The notes below the pieces were generated by a model. That model ran no database searches, had not been told where the DNA came from, and worked only from the letters and a program-made list of their open reading frames with translations. Of a DNA stretch of 64,000 nt, positions 45,872 through 55,597 are shown in pieces. Position numbers and translations under genes: made by a program. How positions within the stretch are numbered: position 1 is the first letter of the stretch; each line of letters starts with the position of its first letter. The DNA lies in the IMG/VR virus record IMGVR_UViG_2531839202_000008, positions 4,798 to 68,797 of that record. One strand, written 5' to 3'. This stretch comes from a virus. Taxonomy: Duplodnaviria > Heunggongvirae > Uroviricota > Caudoviricetes.

Positions 45872-47432
45872 CCTGGCACCGCGTGAGTGGCCAGAGTTCA
45901 TCGGCTTGTGGCCACGCCTGAAGGGCAGTCAGACACCACGATTCGAGTCCCGACACCCCGGCGATGAATCATGGGGCGACCGGGCGGCGCGCTTGGGATC
46001 GCGAATTGGCGTGCGCTGCATGCCCTGGCAGTGGCTCACCTTACGCGCGGTGCTCTCGCTACAGGAGCCCAACGAGTGGGGCGATCGCGTCTGGACGCAC
46101 CGCGACGTGTGCATCGAGTGCCCACGTCAGAACGGCAAGACCCTGATCGTGGTGCTACGCATCATCTTCGGGATGCTGGTGCTCGGGGAGAAAATCGCCT
46201 ACACCGCCCAGGAATGGGAGACGGCCAAGGACGTATTCGGCCGCTGCGTCGATGTCATCGACCGCATCCCGTCTCTCAAGAAACGCCTACGCTCCGAGCC
46301 AACTTCGGCGGGCAACCGCGGGCTGATCAAGCTCGGCAACGGCGAGGCCAAGTTCGGGCCGCGCACCGCCAAGTTCGGTCGCGGTCTTACCGAAGTGGAT
46401 CTGCTGATACTCGACGAGGCCTACGACCTCACCGCGCAAGCCGAAGCGAGCTTGACCGGCGCGACCCGCGCCTCGACCAAGGCGACCGGGCCGCAGATCT
46501 GGTACGTCTCAACACCTCCGGTGGCCTCGGTACACCCCAACTGCCAGATCCTCACCGGGATGCACAACCTGGGCCACAAGCGGTCCCCGGATCTGTACTA
46601 CGCCCTATATGCGGTACCCGAGGGCACCGAGCTCGGCGATATCGACGCATACCGCCTGGCGCACCCCTCCCTGGGTGTCGTCGGCGATGAGCACGAGCTC
46701 GAAGCCAAACGGCGCAAGGCCCGCACCGCCGAACAGCGGGCGATCTTCACCGCCGACTACCTCGGGATCGGCGACTACCCGCCCGACGAGGACGAGGTTG
46801 GCTCGCCGATCCCGAACTGGAGCGACATGGCGAACGCCGACGCGAAGCTCACGGGAGCCCGCACCATCGCGGTGCGGCGATCCTGGAACCGTCAGGTGTG
46901 GTCAATCAGCGCCGCGCAGATGGCCGAAGACGGCAACATCCATGTCGAGGTGGCACCGCTGCGCACCGGTACGCACTCCGAGATCGCCGAGTATCTGGTC
47001 GCCAAGGTCACCGCGTGGAATCCGGTGGCGCTGGTGATCGACCGTAAGAACACCGCGCAGGTACTTGAACCGCTGCTCATCGCCGCCGGTATCGAGCCGC
47101 TGATGATCGGCACGTCCGAGATCGCGCAGTCCTGTAGCGGTTTCCTGGCAGACGCCGATGCCGTCAAGTTGTCGCACAGCGATCAAACAGTGCTCAACGA
47201 CGAGGTGGCCACCGCCAGCATGCGCGAGCTGCCGGGCGGCGATTTCGTCTGGGCCGAGGAACCCAACGGCGCAGGCATGCCGCTGATGAACGTGTCCATG
47301 GCGCACTGGGCCCTTCGCAAGTACGGAACCAAGGCGCCCGCCAAGACCGTCAGCGCCCGCACCGGGGCCGCACGAGAGCACCAAACACACCGGCATAGCG
47401 CCGATTTCGACGCGATGAGCGCCGCATTCTGA
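45834..47432 (+). CDS. Terminase large subunit
   Basis: Walker B LLILDEAYDL; 532 aa; followed by portal. Confidence 0.85.
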   Translation: MIPMTTTCSPVSDLAPREWPEFIGLWPRLKGSQTPRFESRHPGDESWGDRAARLGSRIGVRCMPWQWLTLRAVLSLQEPNEWGDRVWTHRDVCIECPRQNGKTLIVVLRIIFGMLVLGEKIAYTAQEWETAKDVFGRCVDVIDRIPSLKKRLRSEPTSAGNRGLIKLGNGEAKFGPRTAKFGRGLTEVDLLILDEAYDLTAQAEASLTGATRASTKATGPQIWYVSTPPVASVHPNCQILTGMHNLGHKRSPDLYYALYAVPEGTELGDIDAYRLAHPSLGVVGDEHELEAKRRKARTAEQRAIFTADYLGIGDYPPDEDEVGSPIPNWSDMANADAKLTGARTIAVRRSWNRQVWSISAAQMAEDGNIHVEVAPLRTGTHSEIAEYLVAKVTAWNPVALVIDRKNTAQVLEPLLIAAGIEPLMIGTSEIAQSCSGFLADADAVKLSHSDQTVLNDEVATASMRELPGGDFVWAEEPNGAGMPLMNVSMAHWALRKYGTKAPAKTVSARTGAAREHQTHRHSADFDAMSAAF

Positions 47433-47446
47433 GAAAGGGGGCGAGC

Positions 47447-48895
47447 ATGGCCGATCAGCAGGCACCGAAGAAGACCGCCGCCCCGCGTACCGAACAGGGG
47501 TACGTGCTCAGCTCGGCCGGCGCGACCGGCTGGGGTGGACCTATCGATCAGTTCGAGCAGACTGCCGACCTGATTTGGCCGCTGTCGGTGTGGACCTACA
47601 CGCGCATGGTCCGCGAGGACGCCCGAATCTCGTCGGTGCTGCGGGCAATTGGGCTGCCCATTCGCCGCACCGCGTGGCGTATCCGGCAGAACGGCGCCAG
47701 CGATGAGGTCACCGAATTCATCGCCCGCAATCTGGGTCTGCCCATCGAGGGTGCCGCCGACGAGGACGAACCCCAGACACGAACCCGGGGCCGGTTCTCC
47801 TGGGACAAACACCTACAGCAGGCCCTTATGGCATTGCGGTACGGGCACTCGGTATTTGAGCAGGTCTACCGTCTCGAAGGCGAGGGCGCCAACGTACGCG
47901 CCGTGCTGCGCAAGCTCGCCCCGCGTCCCCAGGTGACCATCGCCAAGTGGAACGTCGACCGCGACGGCGGTCTGATCTCGATCGAGCAACACCCCTCCAG
48001 CGGGTTCACCATGACATCGAGCGGAGTGGCGATACCCGCTGGCGGGCCGCTGGATTCGACCATTCCCATCAACCGGCTGGTCGTGTATGCGTACGAGCCC
48101 GATCCGGGTGTGTGGATCGGCAACAGCCTGCTGCGGCCTGCCTACAAGCACTGGAAGCTCAAAGACGAGCTGATGCGCATCGAGGCCGCCGCAGCACGCC
48201 GCCATGGCATCGGCGTCCCGTGGATCAAGGGCAACGAGAACGACTCTCAGGACGAAGAGCGCATGGACGCGCTGCTCGATGTCGCCTCTAAGTACAGCGG
48301 TGGCGAGTCGTCCGGCCTGGCCCTGGCTGAGGGCCAAGAGGCCGGGATCATGTCGCCATCGGGCACCCCGATGGACCCGCGCCGTGCGATCGAGTACCAC
48401 GACCACCAGATGGCCCTGGTTGCGTTGGCGCACTTCCTGAACCTGGACGGTAAGGGCGGCTCGTACGCGCTGGCCAGTGTGCAAGCCGACACGTTCGTGC
48501 AGTCGGTCCAGACGGTCGCCGAAGACATCCGCAACACCGCACAGGCCCATGTCGTCGAGGATCTGGTCGACCTCAATTTCGGCGAGGACGAACCGGCGCC
48601 GCTGCTGGTGTTCGATGAGATCGGTTCGCGCCAGGACGCTACCGCCGCGGCGCTGCAAATGCTGGTCAACGCAGGACTGTTGACACCCGATGCCCGTCTT
48701 GAGGCCTTCATTCGCTCGGCTACCGGCCTGCCTGGGCCCGACCCCAACGCGCCCGAGGGCCAACCCGAGCCCGCCGGTGAATCCGCCGCCGCGCCCCGCA
48801 ATAGCGGAGGGCCGGTGCGTGTGCGCACCCATACCCGAGCGCGCCCCGGTGGCGCCAGCACGGCCACGAGGAACGGAGACCCGACGCTGTGGTGA
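47447..48895 (+). CDS. Phage B portal protein (distinct sequence from Phage A portal)
   Basis: SD AAGGGGG; 482 aa; between terminase and ClpP protease. Confidence 0.8.
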   Translation: MADQQAPKKTAAPRTEQGYVLSSAGATGWGGPIDQFEQTADLIWPLSVWTYTRMVREDARISSVLRAIGLPIRRTAWRIRQNGASDEVTEFIARNLGLPIEGAADEDEPQTRTRGRFSWDKHLQQALMALRYGHSVFEQVYRLEGEGANVRAVLRKLAPRPQVTIAKWNVDRDGGLISIEQHPSSGFTMTSSGVAIPAGGPLDSTIPINRLVVYAYEPDPGVWIGNSLLRPAYKHWKLKDELMRIEAAAARRHGIGVPWIKGNENDSQDEERMDALLDVASKYSGGESSGLALAEGQEAGIMSPSGTPMDPRRAIEYHDHQMALVALAHFLNLDGKGGSYALASVQADTFVQSVQTVAEDIRNTAQAHVVEDLVDLNFGEDEPAPLLVFDEIGSRQDATAAALQMLVNAGLLTPDARLEAFIRSATGLPGPDPNAPEGQPEPAGESAAAPRNSGGPVRVRTHTRARPGGASTATRNGDPTLW

Positions 48896-50142
48896 CCAAG
48901 AATCTCAAGGCGGGCCAACGGCCCCCGTGGTACAGCATCCGCAACGCGGCCAAGACCGATGACGGCCCGGCCGAGCTGCTGATCTACGACGAAATCGATT
49001 CGTGGTACGGCATTTCCGCCGAACAGTTCGCCCGGGATCTGGCCGCGATCGACAACGATGCCATCACAGTGCGCATCAACAGCCCCGGCGGCTCGGTGTT
49101 CGACGGCATCGCCATTCTCAACGCGCTACGTGATCACCCCGCCACGGTGACCGTCGTGGTTGACAGCCTCGCGGCCTCGATCGCCTCGGTGATCGCGATG
49201 GCGGGCGATGAGATCGTGATGAACCGCAACAGCCAGATGATGGTGCACAACGCGTGGGCGGTGTGCGTCGGAGATGCCCGCGATATGGAGAAGAGCGCGG
49301 CGCGACTGGCCCAGCACAACACCAACATTGCGCAGATCTACGCCGACCGGGCAGGGGGCACTGTCGAGGACTGGCTCGACGTGATGGCCGAGGAAACCTG
49401 GCTGCTCGCAGATGAAGCGGTCGAGGCCGGTTTGGCCGATCGTGTCGTCGAGCTACCCGAGCCTGACTCCAAGTCGGCTGCCGCGCGTGCATCGGTGTTC
49501 GATCTGTCGGCGTTCCGCTATGCCGGGCGCCAGTCCGCGCCTGCGCCACGAATTCCACTGGTGCACAACAAGACCCCTCGGCCCGAGAAGGGCGAGGTCA
49601 ACAGAGGAAAGGAGCCCATTGTGGCAACCCTGAATGAGGGCCTCGCCAAGCTGCTCGGTATCGATGCCGACGCCGACGACGAGACCATTTTGTCTGCTGC
49701 CGCCGAAGCGCTCGAAGAGCGTGCTGACGACGGCCAGGAGAGTGACGAAACCCCGCCCGCTGCACCGACTTTGGAGCAGGCGACCGCGCTGGTCGCGAAG
49801 GCGGGCCTGACGGTGGTCGAGCGGGCCCAGTACGAGGCCACCGTCGCGGCCGCGCAGGCGGGCGCCGAGGCGCGCGCACAGCAGTTGCGCGAGGGTGACG
49901 AGCGTGTGGTCGATCAGGCCATCGCTGACGGCAAGGTCGCCCCGGCGCGTCGCGAGCACCACTTGCAGGCGCTCGCCGCCGACCGCGAGGGCCACACCGC
50001 CGTGCTGGCCGCGCTGGCACCCGGGCTGATCCCTCTCGCCGAGACGGGGCATTCGACGCAGCCCGCAGACGGTCCGGTGCCCAATGACCTGAGCTGGTTT
50101 GACTCCGCGCCCACCGCGCCGAGTTCGGAAGGGAAGGAATAG
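48889..50142 (+). CDS. ClpP-family (S14) prohead protease fused to Ala-rich scaffold-like C-terminus
   Basis: INSPGGSV and SIASVIAMAGDEIVM ClpP motifs; coiled-coil C-terminal half. Confidence 0.75.
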   Translation: MVTKNLKAGQRPPWYSIRNAAKTDDGPAELLIYDEIDSWYGISAEQFARDLAAIDNDAITVRINSPGGSVFDGIAILNALRDHPATVTVVVDSLAASIASVIAMAGDEIVMNRNSQMMVHNAWAVCVGDARDMEKSAARLAQHNTNIAQIYADRAGGTVEDWLDVMAEETWLLADEAVEAGLADRVVELPEPDSKSAAARASVFDLSAFRYAGRQSAPAPRIPLVHNKTPRPEKGEVNRGKEPIVATLNEGLAKLLGIDADADDETILSAAAEALEERADDGQESDETPPAAPTLEQATALVAKAGLTVVERAQYEATVAAAQAGAEARAQQLREGDERVVDQAIADGKVAPARREHHLQALAADREGHTAVLAALAPGLIPLAETGHSTQPADGPVPNDLSWFDSAPTAPSSEGKE

Positions 50143-50145
50143 ATC

Positions 50146-50523
50146 ATGACCAACGAGAACGTGGGCGTCTACGAGCCCGGCCGCGATATCACCGGCCGCG
50201 CCACAGCTGCCGTCACCGGTAAGCGGTTCCTCAAGATCAGCGGCAACCGCACCGCCACCGGCAACATCGCCGTGGCGCCTGCTGATGCGGCGGGCCGGGT
50301 GTGCGGCGTCTCCAAGTACGACGCGGCCAGCGGCGACATTGTTGGTGTGGCGCGGGGCAATTCGCGTGTCACCTACGTGACCGCCGACGGCGCGCTCGCC
50401 GCATTCGATGAGGTCGAGGTCGGCACGGCCGGCAAGGCCAAGAAGTTCGCCAGCGGCGTCGCCGTTGGCTACGCACTGTCCGCGGCCACCGATGGCGCCG
50501 ACGCCGAGATCAGCCTCTACTAG
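50146..50523 (+). CDS. Head protein (decoration/DUF2190-like), tentative
   Basis: 125 aa Gly/Ala-rich between protease and capsid. Confidence 0.35.
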   Translation: MTNENVGVYEPGRDITGRATAAVTGKRFLKISGNRTATGNIAVAPADAAGRVCGVSKYDAASGDIVGVARGNSRVTYVTADGALAAFDEVEVGTAGKAKKFASGVAVGYALSAATDGADAEISLY

Positions 50524-50539
50524 GAAAGGGCTACCCACC

Positions 50540-51451
50540 ATGACAACATCTCCCGTCGCGTACCCGCTGGGTGCGCCGGTCATCAATGACAACAAGATCT
50601 CGGTCGACCTGGCATATAAGCAGCCCGGCCGGATCACCAAGCGGCTCTCGGACCTGACGCTGCAGAAGTTCATTGCCCCGGAACTGTTTTCGTCCTCGGG
50701 GGCGAGCACCACCGCCGGGGCGATCATCTACGACGTGATCCGCATCAACGAGCTGTACACCAAGAACGATGTGGAACAGCGCGGCCCGTCCGATGAGTAC
50801 ACGATCGTGCAGGGTGAGCGCACGCAGCCCGAGGTCGCCAAGTCCGAGGACTGGGGTGGCAAGTTCTGGATGTCCGATGAGGCGATCCGGCGCAACGACC
50901 GCGCCCAGATGGACCGCCTGACCACACAGCTGGCGAACACGCTGGTGCGCAAGATCAATCAGCGCACCGTGGCCGTGCTGGAGGCCGTTATCGCCAGTCT
51001 CGGCGGCGCGGGTGTCATCCCCGGACACGACTGGGGCAACGTCACCCTGACCGGCAACAACCCGACCCCGAACAACGCCCGGCCATTCGCCGACATCATC
51101 GCCGCGCAGCTGGCCGCCGATGTCGAGGAATTGGGCTACGTCTACAACGTGTGGGTCGTCAACCCCGTGCAGTACGCGGACCTGCGCATCGCCTACGGAC
51201 CGGACTTGCCGCAGATCCTGGCCGACGCCGATATCTCGATGTTCCGGTCCAACCGCGTCGCCAATGGCAGCGCCTACGCGGGTGTACGCGGCGGTGTCGG
51301 GTTCCTGGACTACGAGCAGATGCTCTCGACCGAGACCTGGCGCGAGCCCAAGACCAAGCAGAACTGGGTCCAGTCTTCGGTGCTGCCGATCATGGGCGTC
51401 ACTGACCCGTACGCGGTCAAGAAGGTGACCGGATTGAAGGGCGCCCCGTAA
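50540..51451 (+). CDS. Phage B major capsid protein
   Basis: SD GGAAAGGG; 303 aa; synteny. Confidence 0.7.
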   Translation: MTTSPVAYPLGAPVINDNKISVDLAYKQPGRITKRLSDLTLQKFIAPELFSSSGASTTAGAIIYDVIRINELYTKNDVEQRGPSDEYTIVQGERTQPEVAKSEDWGGKFWMSDEAIRRNDRAQMDRLTTQLANTLVRKINQRTVAVLEAVIASLGGAGVIPGHDWGNVTLTGNNPTPNNARPFADIIAAQLAADVEELGYVYNVWVVNPVQYADLRIAYGPDLPQILADADISMFRSNRVANGSAYAGVRGGVGFLDYEQMLSTETWREPKTKQNWVQSSVLPIMGVTDPYAVKKVTGLKGAP

Positions 51452-51900
51452 TGCCCGAGGTCACAGAACATCGGGTGACTGCGGCGACATGGGAATACCT
51501 CACGCCCGCAGGCACTCGGCGGCGCGCGTTTTTCGGCGAGCTCGTCACGCTCACCGACGAAGAGGTCCAGCGCGGCCTCGCCGTCGGTGCACTCGGCGCC
51601 CAGCTGCCGGCCGAATCGACCGATCCCGAAAGCGACTCGGCCGAGGCGGATGCCACCGATGACGGCGACACCGACAGCGGCGACGGTGGGGATGGCGATC
51701 CCAGCTCCACCGCAGGCGATTCCGGGAACCCGAGCCAGGCCACCGGTACCGAGGGTGATGCGCCCCGTAAGAAGCCGCTCAAGGCCGCGACCAAGCCCGT
51801 CCTGGTCGACTGGCTGATGGCCAACGGCACGTATGACCGTGACGAGCTGGAGGCACAGGAGAAGGACGACCTGTGGGCGCTGATCGAGGCCACGGACTAG
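51451..51900 (+). CDS. Acidic hypothetical protein
   Basis: TAATG coupling; Asp/Gly/Ser-rich middle. Confidence 0.45.
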   Translation: MPEVTEHRVTAATWEYLTPAGTRRRAFFGELVTLTDEEVQRGLAVGALGAQLPAESTDPESDSAEADATDDGDTDSGDGGDGDPSSTAGDSGNPSQATGTEGDAPRKKPLKAATKPVLVDWLMANGTYDRDELEAQEKDDLWALIEATD

Positions 51901-51904
51901 TTTC

Positions 51905-52267
51905 GTGACCGACTTCCTTGACGTAGAGGCGTTCGCCGCCATGTTCCGGCCGCTGTCGGCAGCCGAGAAACTGGTGGCGGCGCCTCTACTGACGGTCGTC
52001 TCCGATTGGATACGCGACAAGAAACCGGCCATTGCCAACGATGACCCGGCGGCCAAGGTGGTCACATTCGAGGTCACCCGGGACGCGCTGATGTATGGCG
52101 AGTTCGGCCCGGTCTCATCGTTCACCAAGACGGTGGCTCATCGCACCAAACAGGCTGCGATCGATCGCGAAGCCGTCGAGAAGTTCATCGCACGCCGCCA
52201 CTACCGCATGCTCGGCCTGGCGCTACAGGCCAAGGCGCGCGGCCACTTCCCCAGGGGTGACTACTGA
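51905..52267 (+). CDS. Head-to-tail adaptor
   Basis: synteny. Confidence 0.45.
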   Translation: MTDFLDVEAFAAMFRPLSAAEKLVAAPLLTVVSDWIRDKKPAIANDDPAAKVVTFEVTRDALMYGEFGPVSSFTKTVAHRTKQAAIDREAVEKFIARRHYRMLGLALQAKARGHFPRGDY

Positions 52268-52674
52268 TGGACACCCTGGGCGGGCAGCGGCTCGCGATCG
52301 TGTGGGATGTGCCGGTGCTCGACGGGCAGGGCGACCCGATCCTGGACGAGTACCGCAAGCCGCAAGTCACCGAACGCGTTGTATGGGTCGATAACTGCCT
52401 GTTCGAGGTGCAGTCGACGGCCGAGGACAACCAGGCCATCACCACCACAACCACTGAGCAATCGTGGGCGTTCCTGCCGGTCGTCGATGGTCACATACCT
52501 GCTGTTGACGGCAGTGGTGCCGCCGCGCCGGTCGCGGTCGCCGACATCCGATCGGCGCACCGGATTCGCCACCTGGACCGCGATCACAGCATGGTCGGTG
52601 ACGCGGTGCTCGAATTCGACCTCGACGGCCGCGAAGATCATGTGTTCTGTACCTGCCAGCGCAGGGTCGGCTGA
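52267..52674 (+). CDS. Head closure / connector
   Basis: TGATG coupling; synteny. Confidence 0.45.
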   Translation: MDTLGGQRLAIVWDVPVLDGQGDPILDEYRKPQVTERVVWVDNCLFEVQSTAEDNQAITTTTTEQSWAFLPVVDGHIPAVDGSGAAAPVAVADIRSAHRIRHLDRDHSMVGDAVLEFDLDGREDHVFCTCQRRVG

Positions 52675-53033
52675 TGGCCGCAGATCGCAGACCCAACCCA
52701 CTGGTCGCGTTGGGTGTGCCGCAGTCCGAGATCGACAAGGCGATCCACATCTCGGCGCAAGCCAAAGCCGAGAAGGCGCGCGTCGGCAAGGAGATGGCCG
52801 CACACGCCAAGTCCATCTCGCCGGTCGATCACGGCGACTACGGCGCGGCGTGGAAAGTGCAGCAGGGCAAGGGCCGTGACGATGACACCAAGGTCATCAA
52901 CGACAACTTCAAAGCCCACTGGATCGAGGACGGCACCGGGGGCACCAGCCCGACACCGGAGTTCGCCGTCGCGGCCCGCACCGCCATCGCGTTCGGCGGC
53001 ACCGCCGCCGATGTCATCAACAGGCCCGACTGA
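52674..53033 (+). CDS. Neck protein (HK97 gp10-like position)
   Basis: TGATG coupling. Confidence 0.45.
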   Translation: MAADRRPNPLVALGVPQSEIDKAIHISAQAKAEKARVGKEMAAHAKSISPVDHGDYGAAWKVQQGKGRDDDTKVINDNFKAHWIEDGTGGTSPTPEFAVAARTAIAFGGTAADVINRPD

Positions 53034-53443
53034 TGACCGTCGCGCTGCATGAGCAGATGCCCCCCAACGCGATCGTGATGATGCTCGCCCACCTCGCACC
53101 GCTGGGCCCCTGCGACATCGAACGCAAGCCCGACGATCCGCTGCCGTTCCGCCAAGTCAACATGATTGACGGCACCTACGACGCAAACCTGTTCTACTGC
53201 ACCGCTGTCCTGTCGATCCACACCTTCGGCAAGACGATCACCGAGGCGCAGCGCGAGGGCATCAAGACCGATCAGCGGATCATGCGGCTCGGCGACGAGA
53301 TCGTCGATGTGCCCATGCCCGATGGCACGGCCGCCAACGTCGACTACATCGACTTTCAGCAGCTCTCCACGCTGCGCGAATACAAGGCCGACAACGCCTT
53401 TCGCTTCAAGGCGATCTGCGAGCTCGGCCTGTCGTTCAACTGA
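53033..53443 (+). CDS. Tail terminator
   Basis: TGATG coupling; synteny. Confidence 0.45.
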   Translation: MTVALHEQMPPNAIVMMLAHLAPLGPCDIERKPDDPLPFRQVNMIDGTYDANLFYCTAVLSIHTFGKTITEAQREGIKTDQRIMRLGDEIVDVPMPDGTAANVDYIDFQQLSTLREYKADNAFRFKAICELGLSFN

Positions 53444-53533
53444 TCGTCGCGGTCCCCTGATCGCGTCGCGGCATCCGCCGCACCTCAATCGCCGGAACCC
53501 TTTCCGGTTCATCACCCATGGAAGGAGCGTCAC

Positions 53534-54613
53534 ATGACGCAACCCGAAACCGGCGCTGACTGGAGCGTCGGCGGATTCACCGACACCGATAGCCGTTTCG
53601 CTATCCGAGGCCCGCTCGTTGCCGTATTAGCGCGCGACTATCGCGGCGCGGCCACTGATATCAGCCCGCATCTCTTCAACCCGCTGGCCAAGGATGGCAA
53701 GCTGCGCGCGGACCTGTTCGCCCGCCGCAAGGTCGGCGGGTACTGGGTCAACAACCCCGAGCCCAACCAGGGGTGGCTGTTCCTCGGCGCCAACACCAAG
53801 ACTGGCGGCCCCGAGCGTGAGCCGAACATTGATGTCAGCCCGCTGGAGATCTTGCAGTCGAATTACCCGATCGAGAAGGACATCACCAAGATCGAAAAGA
53901 CGGTGAAGTTCACCCCGATCGAGACCTTGAACCCTGTCGTCAAGGCCCTGCGCAATAACGTTCCGCTGCAGGATGAGGACGGCAACCTGCTCGTGGCAGA
54001 ACCGGGCCAAGGCGACTATTTCGTGGGCACCCCGCTGGAAGCCGATTTCGTTCCCCGCCAGCTGCTTTTGGTGCGCGCACGGTCCCGGGCCGGCGGCAAG
54101 CTGTACACCGTCGAACCCATCCCCCTGTGCAAGCTGACCAAGATCGGCGCGGCCAAGATGGACACGGAAGACGCCGACGCCAACGAGCTGGAGTTCTCGC
54201 TCGAACCTGACCCGTTCTTCCTGATCCCCGATCCGCGCAACCCGGGCATCCTGATTCCCGGCCTGGACGGCGAATGGGTCGGCGGCAAGGGCTGGACCAC
54301 GATTCAGGGCGCCCCCAAGGTGTCGAACACCCCGCCGACGGTCACCCCCGGTGCCGCCGGTAAGGCCTCGATCGTATTCGCCGACCCCACGGGCGCTGGC
54401 GATCCGTTCACCTTCGCCGCCGAAAGCACCGTCGATGACGGGACCACCTGGCTGCCCGCCGAGCTCGATGGGCCCGCGGTCTCGTCCGGTGGCAACACCA
54501 CGGTCAAGGTCAAGACGGTGGCAGCCGGTGCAACCAAGTTCCGCGTGAAGGTGACCGGCACCAACGGCGCTTCGGTCTACACCCCGAAGTCTGCCGCCGC
54601 GACCATCGCCTGA
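53534..54613 (+). CDS. Major tail protein with C-terminal Ig-like domain
   Basis: SD GGAAGGAG; 359 aa; C-terminal beta-rich Thr/Val/Gly repeat typical of Big_2 domains. Confidence 0.65.
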   Translation: MTQPETGADWSVGGFTDTDSRFAIRGPLVAVLARDYRGAATDISPHLFNPLAKDGKLRADLFARRKVGGYWVNNPEPNQGWLFLGANTKTGGPEREPNIDVSPLEILQSNYPIEKDITKIEKTVKFTPIETLNPVVKALRNNVPLQDEDGNLLVAEPGQGDYFVGTPLEADFVPRQLLLVRARSRAGGKLYTVEPIPLCKLTKIGAAKMDTEDADANELEFSLEPDPFFLIPDPRNPGILIPGLDGEWVGGKGWTTIQGAPKVSNTPPTVTPGAAGKASIVFADPTGAGDPFTFAAESTVDDGTTWLPAELDGPAVSSGGNTTVKVKTVAAGATKFRVKVTGTNGASVYTPKSAAATIA

Positions 54614-54620
54614 TGAACCC

Positions 54621-54658
54621 TCACCTGGCGGGCGTCGGGCTGCGCCCGCCAGGTGAGC
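54621..54658 (+). terminator. Perfect 15-bp inverted repeat CTCACCTGGCGGGCG / CGCCCGCCAGGTGAG after major tail gene
   Basis: seen in sequence; no T-tract. Confidence 0.45.
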
Positions 54659-54712
54659 CCCACCCCCATTCCAGCCCGAAACCCCAAGCCCACCAGCCCG
54701 AAAGGAACAATC

Positions 54713-55159
54713 ATGAGCTCCGAAGACACCAAGGACGTTCTACACCCCGTCGACCCCAGAAAGGCACGCGAGCAGGCCGCCGATCACCTCGGATTCATGG
54801 CAGGTGTGCCCTTTGATCTCGGCGACGGCGAGATGTGGGAGCTTCCCAACCCGGCGTTTCTCGATACCGAGCAGCGCAAGCGGTACCGCGACTACCAGCG
54901 GGACATGAAAGCCCTCGACAAGGAAACCGTCGATCATCCTTTCATCGACGGCAAGACCATCGAGCAGAACGTCTATCCGTATCTCAAGGACGGCAAGGAT
55001 TACGACCCTGACGAGCAGCTGTGCATCGCACTCATGGGTGAGGACATCTACGCCAAGTTCCTCGCCGCGGGCGGTGTTCCCGGCCAGATCGATACGCACT
55101 GGAAGGTGATGCAGCGCCAGCTGGAGGAGCGGACAAAGATCGACTCCAAAAGTAATTGA
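54713..55159 (+). CDS. Tail assembly chaperone (G form)
   Basis: SD AAAGGA; acidic 148 aa; upstream of tape measure. Confidence 0.55.
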   Translation: MSSEDTKDVLHPVDPRKAREQAADHLGFMAGVPFDLGDGEMWELPNPAFLDTEQRKRYRDYQRDMKALDKETVDHPFIDGKTIEQNVYPYLKDGKDYDPDEQLCIALMGEDIYAKFLAAGGVPGQIDTHWKVMQRQLEERTKIDSKSN

Positions 55160-55220
55160 GGCAGTAGCGCTGTGGTGCCGTTGGCCCAATGCGATCGAGG
55201 CTGATCTTCGTTTTCGCGGT

Positions 55221-55583
55221 GTGCGCATCGCTGATTGGCACCAGGGCACCCGCGATGAGCGCGGCGCCCTGGTGCTTTCCAGCCGCCAACTACTGTCGCT
55301 GATCCACCAGCTGCCCGAAGACTCAGAGTTCAAAACCCATGCGCCGCCGCCGTTTGGGCGCGACGGCGACTGGACGGTCATGCAGAAGATTGCCGCTGAG
55401 ACACACAACGAGCTCGCGGCATACCGGGCCAGCCAGTACGCGGGCACCCCGCACGAATACATGTACACCAAGTACTCATCGCCGCTGGATTCTCGCAGAC
55501 AGCACGAACTTGACTCCGCTGAAAACGAATTCATCGAGTCGGCGCGAGAAGAGTTGCTAGATGACGTGTTTGGCGACCAATGA
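55221..55583 (+). CDS. Tail assembly chaperone T segment (expressed by frameshift from G; not -1)
   Basis: no SD; frame open from 55110; overlaps the G ORF end in the +1/-2 frame. Confidence 0.4.
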   Translation: MRIADWHQGTRDERGALVLSSRQLLSLIHQLPEDSEFKTHAPPPFGRDGDWTVMQKIAAETHNELAAYRASQYAGTPHEYMYTKYSSPLDSRRQHELDSAENEFIESAREELLDDVFGDQ

Positions 55584-55597
55584 TCAGGAGGTGAACC

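Noticed and set aside
2-48895. Two portal genes as a possible duplication
   Set aside because: The two portals (and capsids, proteases, tape measures) have no recognisable sequence similarity. They belong to different phages rather than being duplicates.
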